64,000 nt of DNA from assembly GCA_002633005.1 (NCBI GenBank), contig NMRA01000124.1, positions 513,814 to 577,813 on the forward strand. The letters run 5' to 3'. The notes under the pieces were generated by a model. The model saw nothing but the letters and a program-made list of their open reading frames with translations. It had not been told where the DNA came from and searched no databases. Source of the stretch: Phoronis australis (lineage: Eukaryota; Animalia; Phoronida). Shown here piece by piece: positions 38,008 to 52,000 of the stretch (position 1 is its first letter; each line of letters opens with the position of its first letter). Position numbers and translations under genes: made by a program.

Positions 38008-40344
38008 GTAAATCACTGTCTGACATATAATTAACACACTAAGAGCAGAAGTCTTTTTAACTTCAATCCTTTGCGCCTAGTCCCTTCTACCATGCCCAAA
38101 CGCTTACACTAGTAGCTTGTCTCGAAGAGCGAAAATGCGCATCAAAGATTTTTGGGTTACAAGTCTTTCTAATCCGGAGTCCTGAAAGTGTTACGCGAGC
38201 GACCGCCTGTTCGTTAAGCTGGCAGTTGATTTTGATTGACGCCAAAGAAGATCTTAGTAGACGCTAACTGCTTACCAGTCATGATGAACTAAGGGTTTGA
38301 TTTAAAAATTACAAGGGTTTTCCCCGTTTTATGGCTTGATCTTCCAGCCCACGTGCTTGCTTTAAATATATCACCCTAAATAAAAATTGCATTTTCAATA
38401 TACAATCTAACAAAATTTGGCAGGGGTTCTCCCGTTTCAAGGTAAGGTGGGGGTACGCCAGCTCACGCGTATTTTCAACAAACTGACCAAACTGTGTCCG
38501 TCAAGGGTTACGGATGAAATTCGATTACGAGATGAATTTAGCACCGCCCGGGCCAGAAGATAACTTTGCCGCGACCACTAGATCAGAGTACAGTGCATGG
38601 GCCAGTTCCCAACGTTCCTTACATTCTATAGTTCAAGCAAAAGGCGGTTCTCTCCTTAGAACAGAAAATCACCTCTACAACACACGTGCTGTGTAACAGT
38701 GTTCTCGCGGTCTGCTCGAGTATACATAAGATGATATGATACACGATAGTGTTGACTTAGTCCACGTGGTCAATGACGATACTTTCTCAGTCATCAACAT
38801 CCATGCAAAGCGTAGGCTCGGCTATTTGTTTCGGTTTGATATTATATGTCAAAAGATCATCGTTCATCTGTCTAAAAGCTTCTAAATTCGTAAAAACAAC
38901 TTGACTGAACCAGCTTCCAGCGGTTACCCATTTTCTCACAAAATCTAAAAACAAGGCAGTTCTCTTCACGATCAGCCGTCCATGCTAGTGCCAGACGAGG
39001 CCTCGGGTATAAATATAAATTAATACCATCGACTGCACACGGACACTTTAACCTACGTAACGCCCGAACTCCCCACTTGACTCCCAGGCGTCAAGTTGCA
39101 CGAGTTAGTTTTTCCCAAAACACAAGTACCGTCTATTATACCGGACACCTTATAATATAGCCATCTACGTGAGATGCATAAGTGCGCTTGCGTTGTCTCG
39201 ACTGGTGTTACATACCTCGATAGACAGGTAGCTAACTTTCACTTCCAAGTCGTCCTAGCGGTGTCTTACAACGGCGCCTTTTAAAGGTTCATTGAGCTAA
39301 TACCAGGGAAGTTGAAAAACGCCTATTTATAAATGAAAATAGTGACAAAATTCCTCACCAGCATTGTTTCTTTTCATAATACAACTCTTTTGTGCTTAGT
39401 ACGTTAAACCCTGGCTTAACAATACTATCCAGATCAGGCTTTACACCTCTTAAGTTGCCGAAACAATTTCAATATTTTCATACAGTTTTGTTATTATTAC
39501 AAATACCGATCCTTTCTTTCACTGTTGATTGTTTTTCATTCACTTGTGCGTAATTATTCGTGGGAAAGGGGTTTGTGCATAATAAACAATTTTGGCGACA
39601 GCTACGTGCAAGTACCCACTCGATGTCATTTAAATGAGCACAAAGTTTTACGAAAATGTCTAACTCATACGGGACTTTGACGTCTGTTAACGCCATTTTC
39701 TATTGTTCAAGGCACAGAATATACTCACCAAGGGAACAGTACTTTACTCGAAATGTCTCCTGAAGATGACCTGGGATCCATGGGCGGCTCACCATTGGGG
39801 GCTGAGGGGGCCTATAGCCCCCACTTATTTCAGGGCTGGGTCGCCCATGGGCATTGGCGACGCGTATCATCATAGGAATCTGGCTAGGCTATAGCCCCCC
39901 CCCCCATTAATTTCAGAGCTTCGCCACCCATGCGATCTGCAGTTTTTCTAAAAGTAACGTCAAAAATTGAATAACGGCTGCTTTCCACTTTAAAGCTAGG
40001 TCATCAGCTGTACTATGCAATAGCTTAGAGGAACACTTTATACAATGTATGAGCATAAGAGAATAATGGGATCCAACAAATGCACCTGATCAGGCACTCG
40101 GGTGAATGAAGCTTGGCTGGCTTGTCAATGGCTTGGCGTAATTTATGAGTGGTCTCAAAGGTTTGGTTTCTCGTACGGTTCTCTCACTACACGGATGTCA
40201 CTACCCATATTTTCACGCGTTCTTTGACAAACCTTTTTTCTCTATATATCTAGAGGCAAGTTATAGTATGGCTTTATATAGTGCCGCTTTGACCAGTTTC
40301 TTCATGTTGAAAATTGGGTGGAGTTCAGTAGCTGTCTCGCAACG

Positions 40345-40472
40345 AGAAAAATCTAGCCCCAAATCACGTGCTTTCATTTAAAATACACGGCAATATCTCG
40401 CGTAATCTCGCGAGGTGCTGCTTTTCTAGCGAGGTCCTAACGAAGTCCTAGGGTTATTGAACTCTACCCTGT
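40345..40472 (+). mobile_element. MITE family copy 2 (partial)
   Basis: Shares aaaatctagc..tcacgtg..aaatacacggcaatatctcgcgtaatctcgcga with 16520-16610. Confidence 0.6.
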
Positions 40473-43400
40473 TCTGGCAGTAACTAAAACAGCCCTGTAC
40501 TAGACCCTAAAAAGCTACCAACAGATTGATTATATTTTTATTCAAAATATACCAATTTATATTAATCATACTTTATTATCAATGTAGCTGTTTATACTAT
40601 AACGCATAATAAATCTTGGTTATGTTTATTCGTAAAACATTGTTGGAAGGTAGTTATGTTTTACATACATATTTATATTTATATCAGCGTGCATGAATAT
40701 AAATTCGCATTGCATTTCTTGATTCATAGATGTAAAAATCGATGTATATAATAGGCTTTGTAAGTTCACCCTGACCATCAGTCATAACGCTTACAATTCT
40801 TTCTGGGTTTATTTGCTGGTGCTTGATTTTCTGGAACAAATCGTAAAACAGGTTACGTTGTTCTGGTTTACCAGCATACCAAACAAAATGCAAACGAGCT
40901 TGTCTTGCTACAAAAAGTACAAAACATAGGTGAAGCGCTCATTTTTACGGTATTCTATATTGACATCATTAAAAACAATTAGGTCCTCACTTGAGACTTC
41001 CAATCAAATTGTTGTGACCAGATTCTATGAGAGCACCGGTTAGTGAGACTGTATGGATCTTTTCACGCTTTTATTATTAAAAAGCTGGCAACGTTACTGT
41101 GGATGAACTTCTAAAAATCGAGTACGTCTCATGGGCGGATCCAGGATTTTTAGTTAGGGGGAGCCAGAGCAGTATATTGGCACCCCCGAACTGCCAAATG
41201 GAATCTGGAAGAGTTTTAGGGGGGGGGCATAGCCTCCTTGGCCCCCCTCTACATCCATCAGTTTTTATTCACAAAAACCCATGCAAAGCGTCCAGTATCA
41301 ACTGTTGCTGAATGCAAGCTAACAAATCGATCATTCCCGTCAATCAGTGAGCTGGGTTTTCCAGCCACAAGGCCAACCGCGAACGCCAGCTACACGCTAG
41401 CGCAGCCATTATCTAGCGGCAAACCTACGTGACACTGAGTTGCAATAACACAACCTCCGTTTTATGAAAATCTTTAATGGCTTCTGATAAAATTCTGTTG
41501 ATGACATTAATCACATCCTATTAATCATATCAAAAAAATCTCCATGTTTTTACATGTTCTGATCAACATCTGCACCTTCATACAAAGCGTGTCTTTGACA
41601 TTCATGTTACAAAAAATCGATACGAAAATAAGGTTCACGAAAACTGTTTTTATAGTCAAATTCACATGATCATCCATTTCTGTGCAGAGGCTGACGTTTC
41701 CCCCAAACATGCCTGCCACGTGATTTGATTTGATTAGATCTATAATCGAGGAGTGGAAACCATTTCATGGTCACGCCTCTAAATTTCAGCAACATGTATG
41801 ACGGTAAACTCTATTCCCTCACCAGCAGAACCAAACCCGCGGTACAAATCCCAAGACACAGCCCATTAACTCCACAGACGCGCGTGTTCACACTCGCACA
41901 CGCGTACGAACACACATGCGCGTACGCACGTCCACACGAACTGGCCATGCACAGGCATGGAGTATTTCCGTTTGTGATACGGAATAGTGGTGCGAGTGTG
42001 AAAATTTTTATCGCAGGTTTGGAGTCTGCTGGTCAGCGACTGGAGTTAAAGTAATCGTTGTTGGAATTTAGAAGCGTGTTTAGCACTTCACTTTCAAAAT
42101 TTTACCGATGCACTTGTCCTGAAATTGGAAAAATAGTCTCCTGTCGGTGATACATGGTGTTAATTAAAAAACGGGAAAACGTGTACAATTACTGCTATTC
42201 GGTGATACAGCATGAAAACCAGTCGCACTGCATCTAAGAACTTTTTGCAGAATTGCCTGCCTTGCCGGGGGACAATCTATTCATTAACCTTAGTGCTGAG
42301 AAGATGATCTTTGCTTTCAGCGCTGAACTTTTGAGCACAGAAGTCAGCCGGTTAGATATATTCCCCAACCTTTATGTTCTGTCATTTCACCCAAAGCCAA
42401 AAGGGGTCACTTCAAACTTACGATGGCCTGAGGCACATTTTGAAATACCAAGTTGTTTATTGAAAACTTGCATTTAATATTGAAATTCACCCAGAGTTTT
42501 TTGTGATGGCTTCGTTGGCTGTAGACCTTTTGCACTAACTTACAAAACGGAGCATCGGCAAGTGCAACCAGTAAAGGGCTTCATGTTAGATATGCATCAA
42601 GAATGACTTACATGTAAAATCGTCCACTGTGGCTAACGTTAAAACATGCGCAATTTTGCTCGAGACTGGTTCTCGGTGAACTCAGACACACTGTTCAGCG
42701 GCTCACTTCTATTTCGTGCACTCGGACCTTCAGAAAAGTTGAAGTTACTTCAGTAGTTGGATGAAATCTCTCGGACTCTGGCTGGAGCAAACTCACAGTT
42801 GTATGACTGAGAGTTTTACTTTACTTTAACAAGTACTCTTACCTAGGCAAACAGATACATGTAACGAAATTCAAGTACTTCAAAAGCCCACTTCACCGTT
42901 GAAGACAACCATTGCCAAAAGAACAGTGGCCAATCATTAATTGAAAAATACATCGTTGTTGAGCTTGTATTCTGAAACAACTTATTGACAATCACAAGAA
43001 GGGAGCGAATATACGAACCAACACCTGCACAAGAATGATTTTTAGTTTGCATTTGATTGACAGTTCTTTATCCGTCAAAACCGTGCTCAGTGCATTAACG
43101 ACACGCCGTGACAAGCCAACTTCCAGATCACAAGCAATAACGAATTTTAGTTCTTTTAAAGCCCTGAGATCCTCTCCCATTTGAGTACAGAACAATCTGA
43201 GACTGATTTCATAACGGTAAGTCGTGTCAAAAGTTAATTTTCGTGAAGGCCAGGCTAACGGTAGCGGATTACCTTCATAATATTGCACTAATCAACAAAA
43301 ATAAGCCCACCACATATGCGCACGCGTCACGAAGTATGTGCATCAGATTTGTTTGAAGTATAGACTTGCCCCGTGAATTTAGTTAGCACCTGACTAAGTC

Positions 43401-43899
43401 TACCTATAAACTCCATTAACTTAAGTCAACCGCGAACGATTACAAATAAGATTCGAAATGTAAATCCGGCAATGAAAACGTTACAATTTATCATGATCAC
43501 AAGCCGCTAAAACATACGACAACGTCAACTTAAGTTTTATCCTAGCAACTAAATCACATTTCTGTGGGAAATAACGAGTTAAATATTTTAACCAAGAACA
43601 TACATCGCTGTTGTTACGCTTCTGCCTTTGAATCAAGTGCACGGAGGACGATACCTCAGCTAAAATGTGTGCTTGCTCTACCTGTATTCAGCTGTCTACG
43701 GTGTCCCAATGTTCAATTCTTCAGACACAACAAACTTTTATACCGTGGGCGGCGCACCATAGGAGGCTGGGAGGCCATAGCCCCCCCCCCCCTCTTTTTT
43801 CAGTGCTGCGCCGCCCATAGTCTATGGGCGATGCAACACAGGGGGGCTGGGAGCTATAGCCCCCACTTTTTTCAGTGCTGCGCTGCTCATGTAAACAGC

Positions 43900-44732
43900 A
43901 ACAGCCATCAGTTATAACGTTCATTCAAGGTTAGAATGATGCCGGTAATACGCACATTCAGATGAGCAACACATAGTTTAAAAACTGAAACCAGAAAATT
44001 AAAGCTTACCTTACTTTTACGCGACACTTGGAGTACACCCTTACTTCGATGATTACAAACTTGTCAACGTTTACAATGTTGTAACAAAGGGGTAAACAGT
44101 TCCTACAAATTGGCATTGAAGTCAACAAAACTAGCGTGCACCTGTTTTCGCAGCTCCACAGCATCTGAGATGAGAAAAGCTGATATCTCCGTCGACCTGC
44201 CGTTATGTTTTTCCTCATCAACAGCGGTATTCTCAATGCTCAATCATGCGTAACGCTAACACATGGTACACGGAGATCTACAATGATTAAAAAGGGCATT
44301 CTATAGATTGAANAACAGGAACAGCCATCAGTTATAACGTTCATTCAAGGTTAGAACGATGCCGGTAATACGCACATTCAGATGAGCAACACATAGTTTA
44401 AAAACTGAAACCAGAAAATTAAAGCTTACCTTACTTTTACGCGACACTTGGAGTACACCCTTACTTCGATGATTACAAACTTGTCAAAGTTTACAATGTT
44501 GTAACAAAGGGGTAAACAGTTCCTACAAATTGGCATTGAAGTCAACAAAACTAGCGTGCACCTGTTTTCGCAGCTCCACAGCATCTGAGATGAGAAAAGC
44601 TGATATCTCCGTCGACCTGCCGTTATGTTTTTCCTCATCAACAGCGGTATTCTCAATGCTCAATCATGCGTAACGCTAACACATGGTACACGGAGATCTA
44701 CAATGATTAAAAAGGGCATTCTATAGATTGAA
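43900..44732. repeat. 420-bp-period near-identical direct duplication across an N (probable assembly artefact)
   Basis: 43900-44312 versus 44320-44732, with only two differences seen. N at 44313. Confidence 0.9.
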
Positions 44733-45556
44733 CAGTGACTGATGTTTTCTGTAAAAAATAGGCGATACAAATGTTGTTGACTTCCCCCCTCGGCGTTAGC
44801 ACATTTGTAAGCAGGCGCGGATCCAAAAGGGGGGGCAGACCCCTAACTCGGTCACTTTTCCATCGCTGTATTGGAAGAATTCCAAGATTGGCCTTGAGTG
44901 TGTTTGTGTTTGCTCTTTTTCGTACAAAATCCTGGATCCACGTCCGGTAATAGGTTAGTTGTAATAAGTTTAGTATCTATTTAGTATTGTGGTTGACCGT
45001 GTTCCAGTAAGTCAATAAATGGCCATGATTGAAATTATATGGCACATAATTCAAAAAAAAATCTGCCACAATTTTATAACAAAACTGTGTAAACATTACA
45101 GTTTTCCGGTCTTGATCACACGACTGGCAAAGTAATTGTCCACCGAAGTGGTATTGAAACGAGTATTCCTGTCAGAGGCAAGCGGTCAGCATATATGGCA
45201 AAAATACTGCCCTCATGGGGGTCCAATATAATTTTCCGAAGGACAAAAGTCCGTGTAAACCCTACAAATGGCATGCTGACGAACGAAAACGAATTGCTCA
45301 AAGTTCCCGATGAGTACTTTCAGGATGGCTGAAAGAGACTGAGAATGAATGACAATGAAATCAAAGGAAAATGTCGAATTTGATCGAATTCACCGAGCAA
45401 TCCGTCAATTAAAGTGACCGCGTCTTCGACCAGCATTTAACGACTCAATACTTATGCAGTCACTTGCTCAGTTGCATGAACGTCGACCAATTGAACCATC
45501 TTCTCTACATCGGTGGTGCTTTCAATAAACGTAAGAATTTCTCGAAAAAGCAAGAC

Positions 45557-45717
45557 CAGTCTCCCGTTCAGTCAGTAACCGCTAGGACCTCTATAAAAAG
45601 CAAGGCTTCGCGAGATTACGTGAGATATTGCCGTGTATTTTAAACTAGAACACGTGACTTTAGCTAGATTTTAGCTAGGTCCTAGCATAGGTCCTAATGT
45701 TACTGGACGCACGCCAG
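45557..45717 (-). mobile_element. MITE family copy 3
   Basis: Reverse complement of 16473-16628, flanked by CAG on both sides. Confidence 0.65.
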
Positions 45718-46614
45718 GTAAAATGACTCGCGAAAAAGGCTAGTCTTCCGCCAATATGCTCGGGAGCTTACTCGCCTACCTTAGTAAAATGGGGACAAAG
45801 CATCTGCTCAGAGTTATCGCCTATTTCCTTTGCTAACATGACGTTGAGGCTCAGCAGTACATGTACGTCTTATGAGGGCAATTTGTGAGTACACAAAATA
45901 CGCGCGTTTTTGAACCAACATTTAAATAAGTTAAATCGTCTCAGTGGTTCATAAAACTTGAACATGAAATAAGAAAAAATTAATATCCTACCCAGATATC
46001 CATTCGTCACGTTGATCTACTTTTGCGAACTAAATTGTCAATAGATCCGGAGATCTCACGACCCCTAGCGGTCATTTCTGTTTCCACTTGAGGAGTCATT
46101 GAATTTGCGAAGAACTCTGAGTAGTATTATTACTACGTAAACACTTGCACGAGTGCCGACTGTTCAGCTTCGAATATTTTCAATTGACACGTGTCAAGCA
46201 TAGCATGTAAAGTCTGACGTCGCGCACCGAATTTTAAATTAGTCAAAGCTCGTTTTGTGACAGTTTACAAGGTTTGAAGGCATGTCATAAACAAGTGTCA
46301 GTGCATTGCGAAACATGTCTAAATATTCGCCCAACGAATTTGGGAATTTGGGAATTGTGCGTATGAAAAGTTTTGGAAATTTGTTTACCTTCGTTCTTTG
46401 AATTCATTATATAAGGCAGGACGCCTTTACTGTCACGACGATATTTTTGTATTCAGAATAGCTGTCGTTCGTTAACGCTGAATCATAAAAACAGTCTTCA
46501 AGAAAGACTTATTATCTGTGAAATGCCAGTCTTCAATAAGGAAGTATTTTGCAGTTATCAACAAGAAAAGCAATCCTCAACAAGGAACATTTTTCCAGAG
46601 GAGGAAATGTGACT

Positions 46615-46720
46615 TAGTGTGATAGATGCCCGCTTCTTACTCGAGGTCGTGCGTTCGAGTCCCACTGGGCTACAATACTAGACCCTTGAGTCAGGTTTCT
46701 AGCTCCTCGGCTCGGTTTTA
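46615..46720 (+). mobile_element. Possible tRNA-derived SINE head remnant
   Basis: B-box-like GTTCGAGTCCC with a decayed A-box upstream. No intact cloverleaf. Confidence 0.3.
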
Positions 46721-48809
46721 ACTGTATATTAAGAAAGCATAAAAATGATTCCAGACAATCTGTGCAATGGGCCCACATGCGCGGCCTGCGCACGTCTGGC
46801 ACAACGTGTACCAGATCGCAAGCAATTTTTTAAAGGAACATTTGACGGCAAAGCTGGTTTTTCCGGCATTTCACCTTACGGACAAAGATTGTACAACGAA
46901 CCTTTGAAAAATGAACTGGTCATAATTTGCTGCATGAGATGCATATATTGAAACACATAGGCTTATCTGTGGAAGCAACTCTTTGAAATAATTAGTATAT
47001 GAATAGTATAGATGATCTATAGTTATTTAAACAGGCAGAAATTTGCGCTAAAATCGTGTAAAACATGATTTTTTCGTTAAGTGTACAAAGCTTTTTAAAC
47101 CTGAACATTGAGAATCTTACCAATGACTACAATAGCATCTGGCGGTCAGTTATCGTAGCCTATTTCTGAGATGACATTTTCGCAAAATGACCTCAGTGTT
47201 CAGACCGACCGCGCTTTAAGCGTACAATCAAGTGTTGTTTTTTTTGTTTAGTTGGTCTTGGACTGTTACATCTTTTAATGTAAATTATATTGTTAAAAAT
47301 CACACTGCGTGAGCATATTGTTGCGAAGTATGCTCAGTACATGGTATTTATTTACCTTACAAGCCATCGTCATAACCTCCCATTCATGAGTCTTCGTCAT
47401 ATTACCTGCATGACGCGCTATATTTCCAACACCGTACAACGCTTAATTCTCACGAGACTTCTTCACGCAGGTCTCTGCTTTGCCAGCACACAGCCTAGTG
47501 AATGCACTGAGCGATCGATGTTACTGTAGAAACATTACTACTTAATGAATAAATAAATAGTACGTTGTCAGAATGCAACAGTTTGTTGTTGAAATCCTAT
47601 TAATTATTGAGAATCATTAAGATCGTGTAGAAACCTTGAAAAACGTCTAAATTTGGCTAACTTCGGAACATCATATCCGCTAGAAATGACTAACTGTGTT
47701 CATTCGAAACTTTCAGATACTATGCTTCGTATAAACGATGCTGGGAATTGTTATAAAATGTCCCACTTTTGCATGAGAGGCAGTTAAAAACATGACTTAA
47801 ATGACTTCCACATCAAAATTTGCAGAACACGAAAATGAACATTTCATAAAACTGTAAAAGCGATTTTGAGATTTCATCTTGAACATTTTATGTCAAGCAG
47901 AACAAAATCGGTCCTATTATTCATACCGTTATTTTGCCGTCAACGTACTTTTATTTCTGCTACATTTTTCTAAGAAAATATGGCCACATGACTCATTTAA
48001 TATCAAATTGATATAAGTAAAAAATCAAATTTTACAGGCTTTCTACATTCATAAATCCATATTCATATATTTAGCTATATACACTGATGTGCCGACGAGG
48101 TCTTAGTAACCTTTAAGTAGTATCTCATCCATCAAGACGCGCATCTTTTGTTCCATGTCAACAAGGCTGAGTTGGCGAGCGCAAATGGACCCTGCACAGT
48201 GTGTCAACAGGAAGAATGTCTTATTCAGAAGAAGGCAGTTGACTAACTTTCTGTTCATTTCCGCATTTCAAAACGGATGCATAGAATACATAACACAGGT
48301 GATTATTAATCTGTACTTAGTCAGGTAACCGACGTCTAACAACTTTTTAGTATATGTAGCTTTGAATATCCTATAAGCAGTATGGAAAATGGCAAGTCTG
48401 TTGGATTCGTGGCGTTTCGATGACCTCGTTGTCGGGCTCAGAACGAGAGCACTTCTATCGTCGTGACTATCGCGACCCCTGGCGACTAAATAGGAATGTG
48501 TGCACATTGCTAGCGGTCAAATGAATATTTGAATGAATGTATGTCTCGTAATACTGCATAAAACGCTTCACCTGCTACGACATGGCCATGAGTCAACTGT
48601 GCGAACGGTTTGAAATGAATCATTTGAGTGGGCACAGCATTATCATCATATTAACAATTTGTTATTGGTCGCAATAACGACAACTTGGGATTGACGTTAC
48701 ACAACCAATAATGCGCCCGTTTTGAAATTAACGGCCCCACTATCATTCTAAAGTACACTGTATAACTAACAACGTTACACATGTTAGCGAGCTATGTGTG
48801 AATTGTTTA

Positions 48810-49115
48810 AGCGCTTATTCGATAATAATTGCGCAGTTTCGATGTTCAGGTAACTCACTTAATGTAGAGAAAGGTAGACATATGGGTATGCTTAGAAGTG
48901 AGAGAATATGCGGCATATGCAATCTGGGTGCAATTGAAGATGTCGGTGCCCTGTTCTTGAAGACCTTAGAAAAAATCTTCTACAATAGCTACCATAGCTT
49001 GTGAATGTTAACTCTCCTCTTTTAAGGTTATTCCGACAGAAAAATCAGCATAGTATCCAGCGCCTTGTATTGTATATTCAGAAGGCTATGGCTTTAAGCG
49101 AAGAAGTGCTCTCTG
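48810..49115 (+). mobile_element. Non-LTR retrotransposon (LINE) ORF2 3' remnant
   Basis: IAQFRCSGNSLNVEKGRH...ERICGICNLGAIED matches the R..L.iE.GR...R.C..C...ED C-terminal motif of LINE ORF2 proteins. Frameshifted downstream. Confidence 0.75.
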
Positions 49116-49464
49116 TGTGTAAATACAGGCCCGTAGCCAGGGTTTCGGGGGATCGATCACCCCCCTCAGGCAAAAAGGTCCAGCCCCAGCCTTTCCGTTA
49201 AAGATAGCATGTAGATGGACAACAAGAACAGCAAAATTGTTGCAACTACTGGTACTACTAACTAAAATGATAACTAAGTTAGTAGTAATTTTGAATTTGC
49301 TTTTGATTCAAAGTGTTTCACGTAATCGTTGGGCCGTACCCGGCCCAATTTCGACCCAATGTTTTAGCGAAGATGACAAGATCGTGCAACAGACGATTAG
49401 AGGAGGCTTTACTTCATTCGTTGGCATTGGACATGCGTGGTTGCTACATCATTATCGTCGATAT

Positions 49465-49875
49465 TATCGTTGACCAAATGGGTAAACGTTACACCGTTAA
49501 ATTACGTGCGTAAGTTAATTCTTGTTAGAGGCGTAAAGTAATTATTTGCGGTGTCAAGTAATTATTTGAGGCGTAAAGTAATTATTTGCGGTGTAAGATA
49601 ATTATTTACGGCGTAAAGTAATTATTTGCCTCGCTAAAAGTTACTTTACGCTGCAAATAATTTTCTTTTCGCCCTAAACAGTTACTTTACGCCGTAAATA
49701 ATTACTTTACACCGCAAAATTACTTTACGCCGTAAAGATTTGCTTTCGCCGAAAATAATTACTTTACGCCTCAAATAATTACTTTACGCCTCAAATAATT
49801 ACTTTACGCCTCTCACAAGAATTATCTTACGTACGTAATTTAACGGTGTAACGTTCACCTATTTGAGCAACGATA
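49465..49875. mobile_element. Foldback-type MITE: ~60-bp TIRs plus inverted arrays of a 20-bp unit
   Basis: Termini TATCGTTGACCAAATGGGT / ACCTATTTGAGCAACGATA. Unit GAGGCGTAAAGTAATTATTT occurs about 5 times forward, then about 8 times reversed. Confidence 0.85.
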
Positions 49876-50451
49876 CAGCATAGGGTAACGAGGGAGTCTA
49901 GAAGCAAATGTCTATAACTAGCTAAGCTATAAAGCAGCGAAAGAGCTCCCAAAATGTAGTGTGGTGTGAAACCCTTAAAATCGACCAAGACACAAAACAG
50001 CAGAAAATACGTTTGTTATCTGCTATTTTGGCATACTTGCTAGCATAGTATGGTAAGGTGCAGGTATTTTCAAATTTCGAATTGAAGGTGATCGTCAAAT
50101 GATTGTTGATCATCCAATGTCCACTTTGATTGTGGATTGGTGGATTGACATGCATGTGCGTCTACACGTGTGCGCGTTTCCAATTTTTAAATCCAGTTCA
50201 TGCTCACGGTAAGTTCACTATAGGCGGTCTTCCGTTGCTGCTCAAATAAAAAACAGACATTTAACTCCCGTGTGTTCTTGCCCTGAGAAAACCCCGACGA
50301 GCATGTTCACAGTATAAGGGAAAAGTAATCTACACCTAATAAAACTTTGGTCAATGAAGAAAGTATTCTCTTGTCAATCAGTGTCAGTGGTACACAGCCT
50401 CGCTGACTGCATACGAGCAACAGAGTTAATGGAAAAGACTTCTTAAGTTAC

Positions 50452-52000
50452 ATGTCACTATTCAGAAGGTTCCCTACTCCGAAAGTCCACTACTCCGAAG
50501 GTTCGCTTCTCCGAAGGTTTGCTACCTCCGAAAGTTCAGTATAACTACGAATGTCCACAATTCCGAAACCAGAAGTCCGACAGTTCATTACTCGAATCAT
50601 CTGGTAATGAATCAGAACTGACACGAATGAAGTATTGTATTTGTATCCATCATATAGTAACCATTTAAAAGAGGTGCAAGAGTTGACCAGTCTTAAAACA
50701 TCGGTTACATTCTTTACAAATCAGCTCAGCTCTAAACACTGCCAATAGTGCTTCTTGGATCTAACTAGCGACTCTTTCTCAACCAGGTACAACATCTGAG
50801 GCGCGAGTCAGGGCTGCGGCGACCAAAGGTGGTTTTAAATTTAAGATGACTGAATGGGACTCTCTGACTTTGTGAAGACTGGCAAGGACAGTGTAGCCTT
50901 CTCACCACATTTACTTTCGACCGGCCGTAAGCGCGGTTCCGCAGCTGATAAGGTCGAGACGCAGCGGCCCTAAACTAGCTCAGTCGCGCTGTGAAATGAT
51001 GCGACATTGACATGGATTTGATGAATGTAACGTGGCTGATAATTTCACCAATATTCCTACTTCATATTCTTTTAAAAGGATACTAAGACCTGTGACGATT
51101 TCCACCAATCCTCGTTCTGTCGCCTGCTAATGCATCACTGGCGTCTATCTTCCGAGTTAAAAGTACACCAAACCCTGTTTTGGACAATCAACAGATACTA
51201 CAAACGACTTTCCTATCCAGTTCTCTGAAACAAAATGCTCTGTAACGGCTCGACAACCCTCAAAAGTTTTGAGGAAAATTAGAAAACTCCTTTCAAAGTC
51301 TTCTAAAGGGGCAAGCGTGATCTACGCTTTTAGAGAGTCACACGGCATATGTGGTAAAAGACCACCCACCAAGGACCATAACGTACAATTCGTGAGATAG
51401 TGGGCATGAATTCTTATTTGATTCCTGCTTTTATCTTTCAAGATTGACGCCAATGATGCATGAGCGAGTGAGAGAACGAGGATTGGTGGAAATCATCAAA
51501 ACAGGGTTTAGGGATTTAGTATCCTTTTTATGGAAGGAATCAATTAAAAATGCATACATCCCATGTCACAGTTTGGACATTAGTGTCCTTGGTGGATGGT
51601 CTTTTCCCACACTTGGTGTGTAAGTCGCAAAAAGGCGTTGGTCACGCAAACATTGGAAAGAGTTTTCAGCAAACGTTTGACGGTTGCCAAGGTTATAGAG
51701 CATTATTTTGTTTCAGAGAGCTGGAACAAAATCTGTCAATTGGCCAAAACCGGGTTTGGTATTCTTTTAAAAATGCAACAACGTACTCATTTTTTCATAT
51801 TCATAAGACATGCGGGCAATTTTGTATGCGCATGAAATCAATAGTAACCGGACGTTGTCTTCGGTAAAGGCACGCCACTCAGTACATCTAATAACCGAAG
51901 TATCGTTTACTTTTGCATGCAAACGTACAAAAATTAAACCTGAGCTCGAGAGTTAAGATATTTTCGGAGTTGTGAACCTTCAGAATAGCGGTCTGTTCCC
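50452..52000. mobile_element. Old MITE-like ends with ~16-bp tccgaagg repeats enclosing nested sequence
   Basis: ctactccgaa(a/g)gt repeats at 50455-50580, and inverted ttcggagttgtgaaccttcagaatagcgg at 51963-51992. Confidence 0.4.
51073..51530. mobile_element. MITE with ~45-bp TIRs
   Basis: aaaaggatactaa..gatttccaccaatcctcgttct / agaacgaggattggtggaaatc..ttagtatcctttt. Confidence 0.65.

Noticed and set aside
44006-44656. Tandem pair of near-identical 76-aa genes
   Set aside because: Non-ATG starts, no recognisable domain, and explained by the duplication around an assembly N.
46834-48115. Additional TTAA-bounded Kolobok-like MITEs
   Set aside because: TTAA-AG ends are present but the terminal repeats do not pair convincingly.
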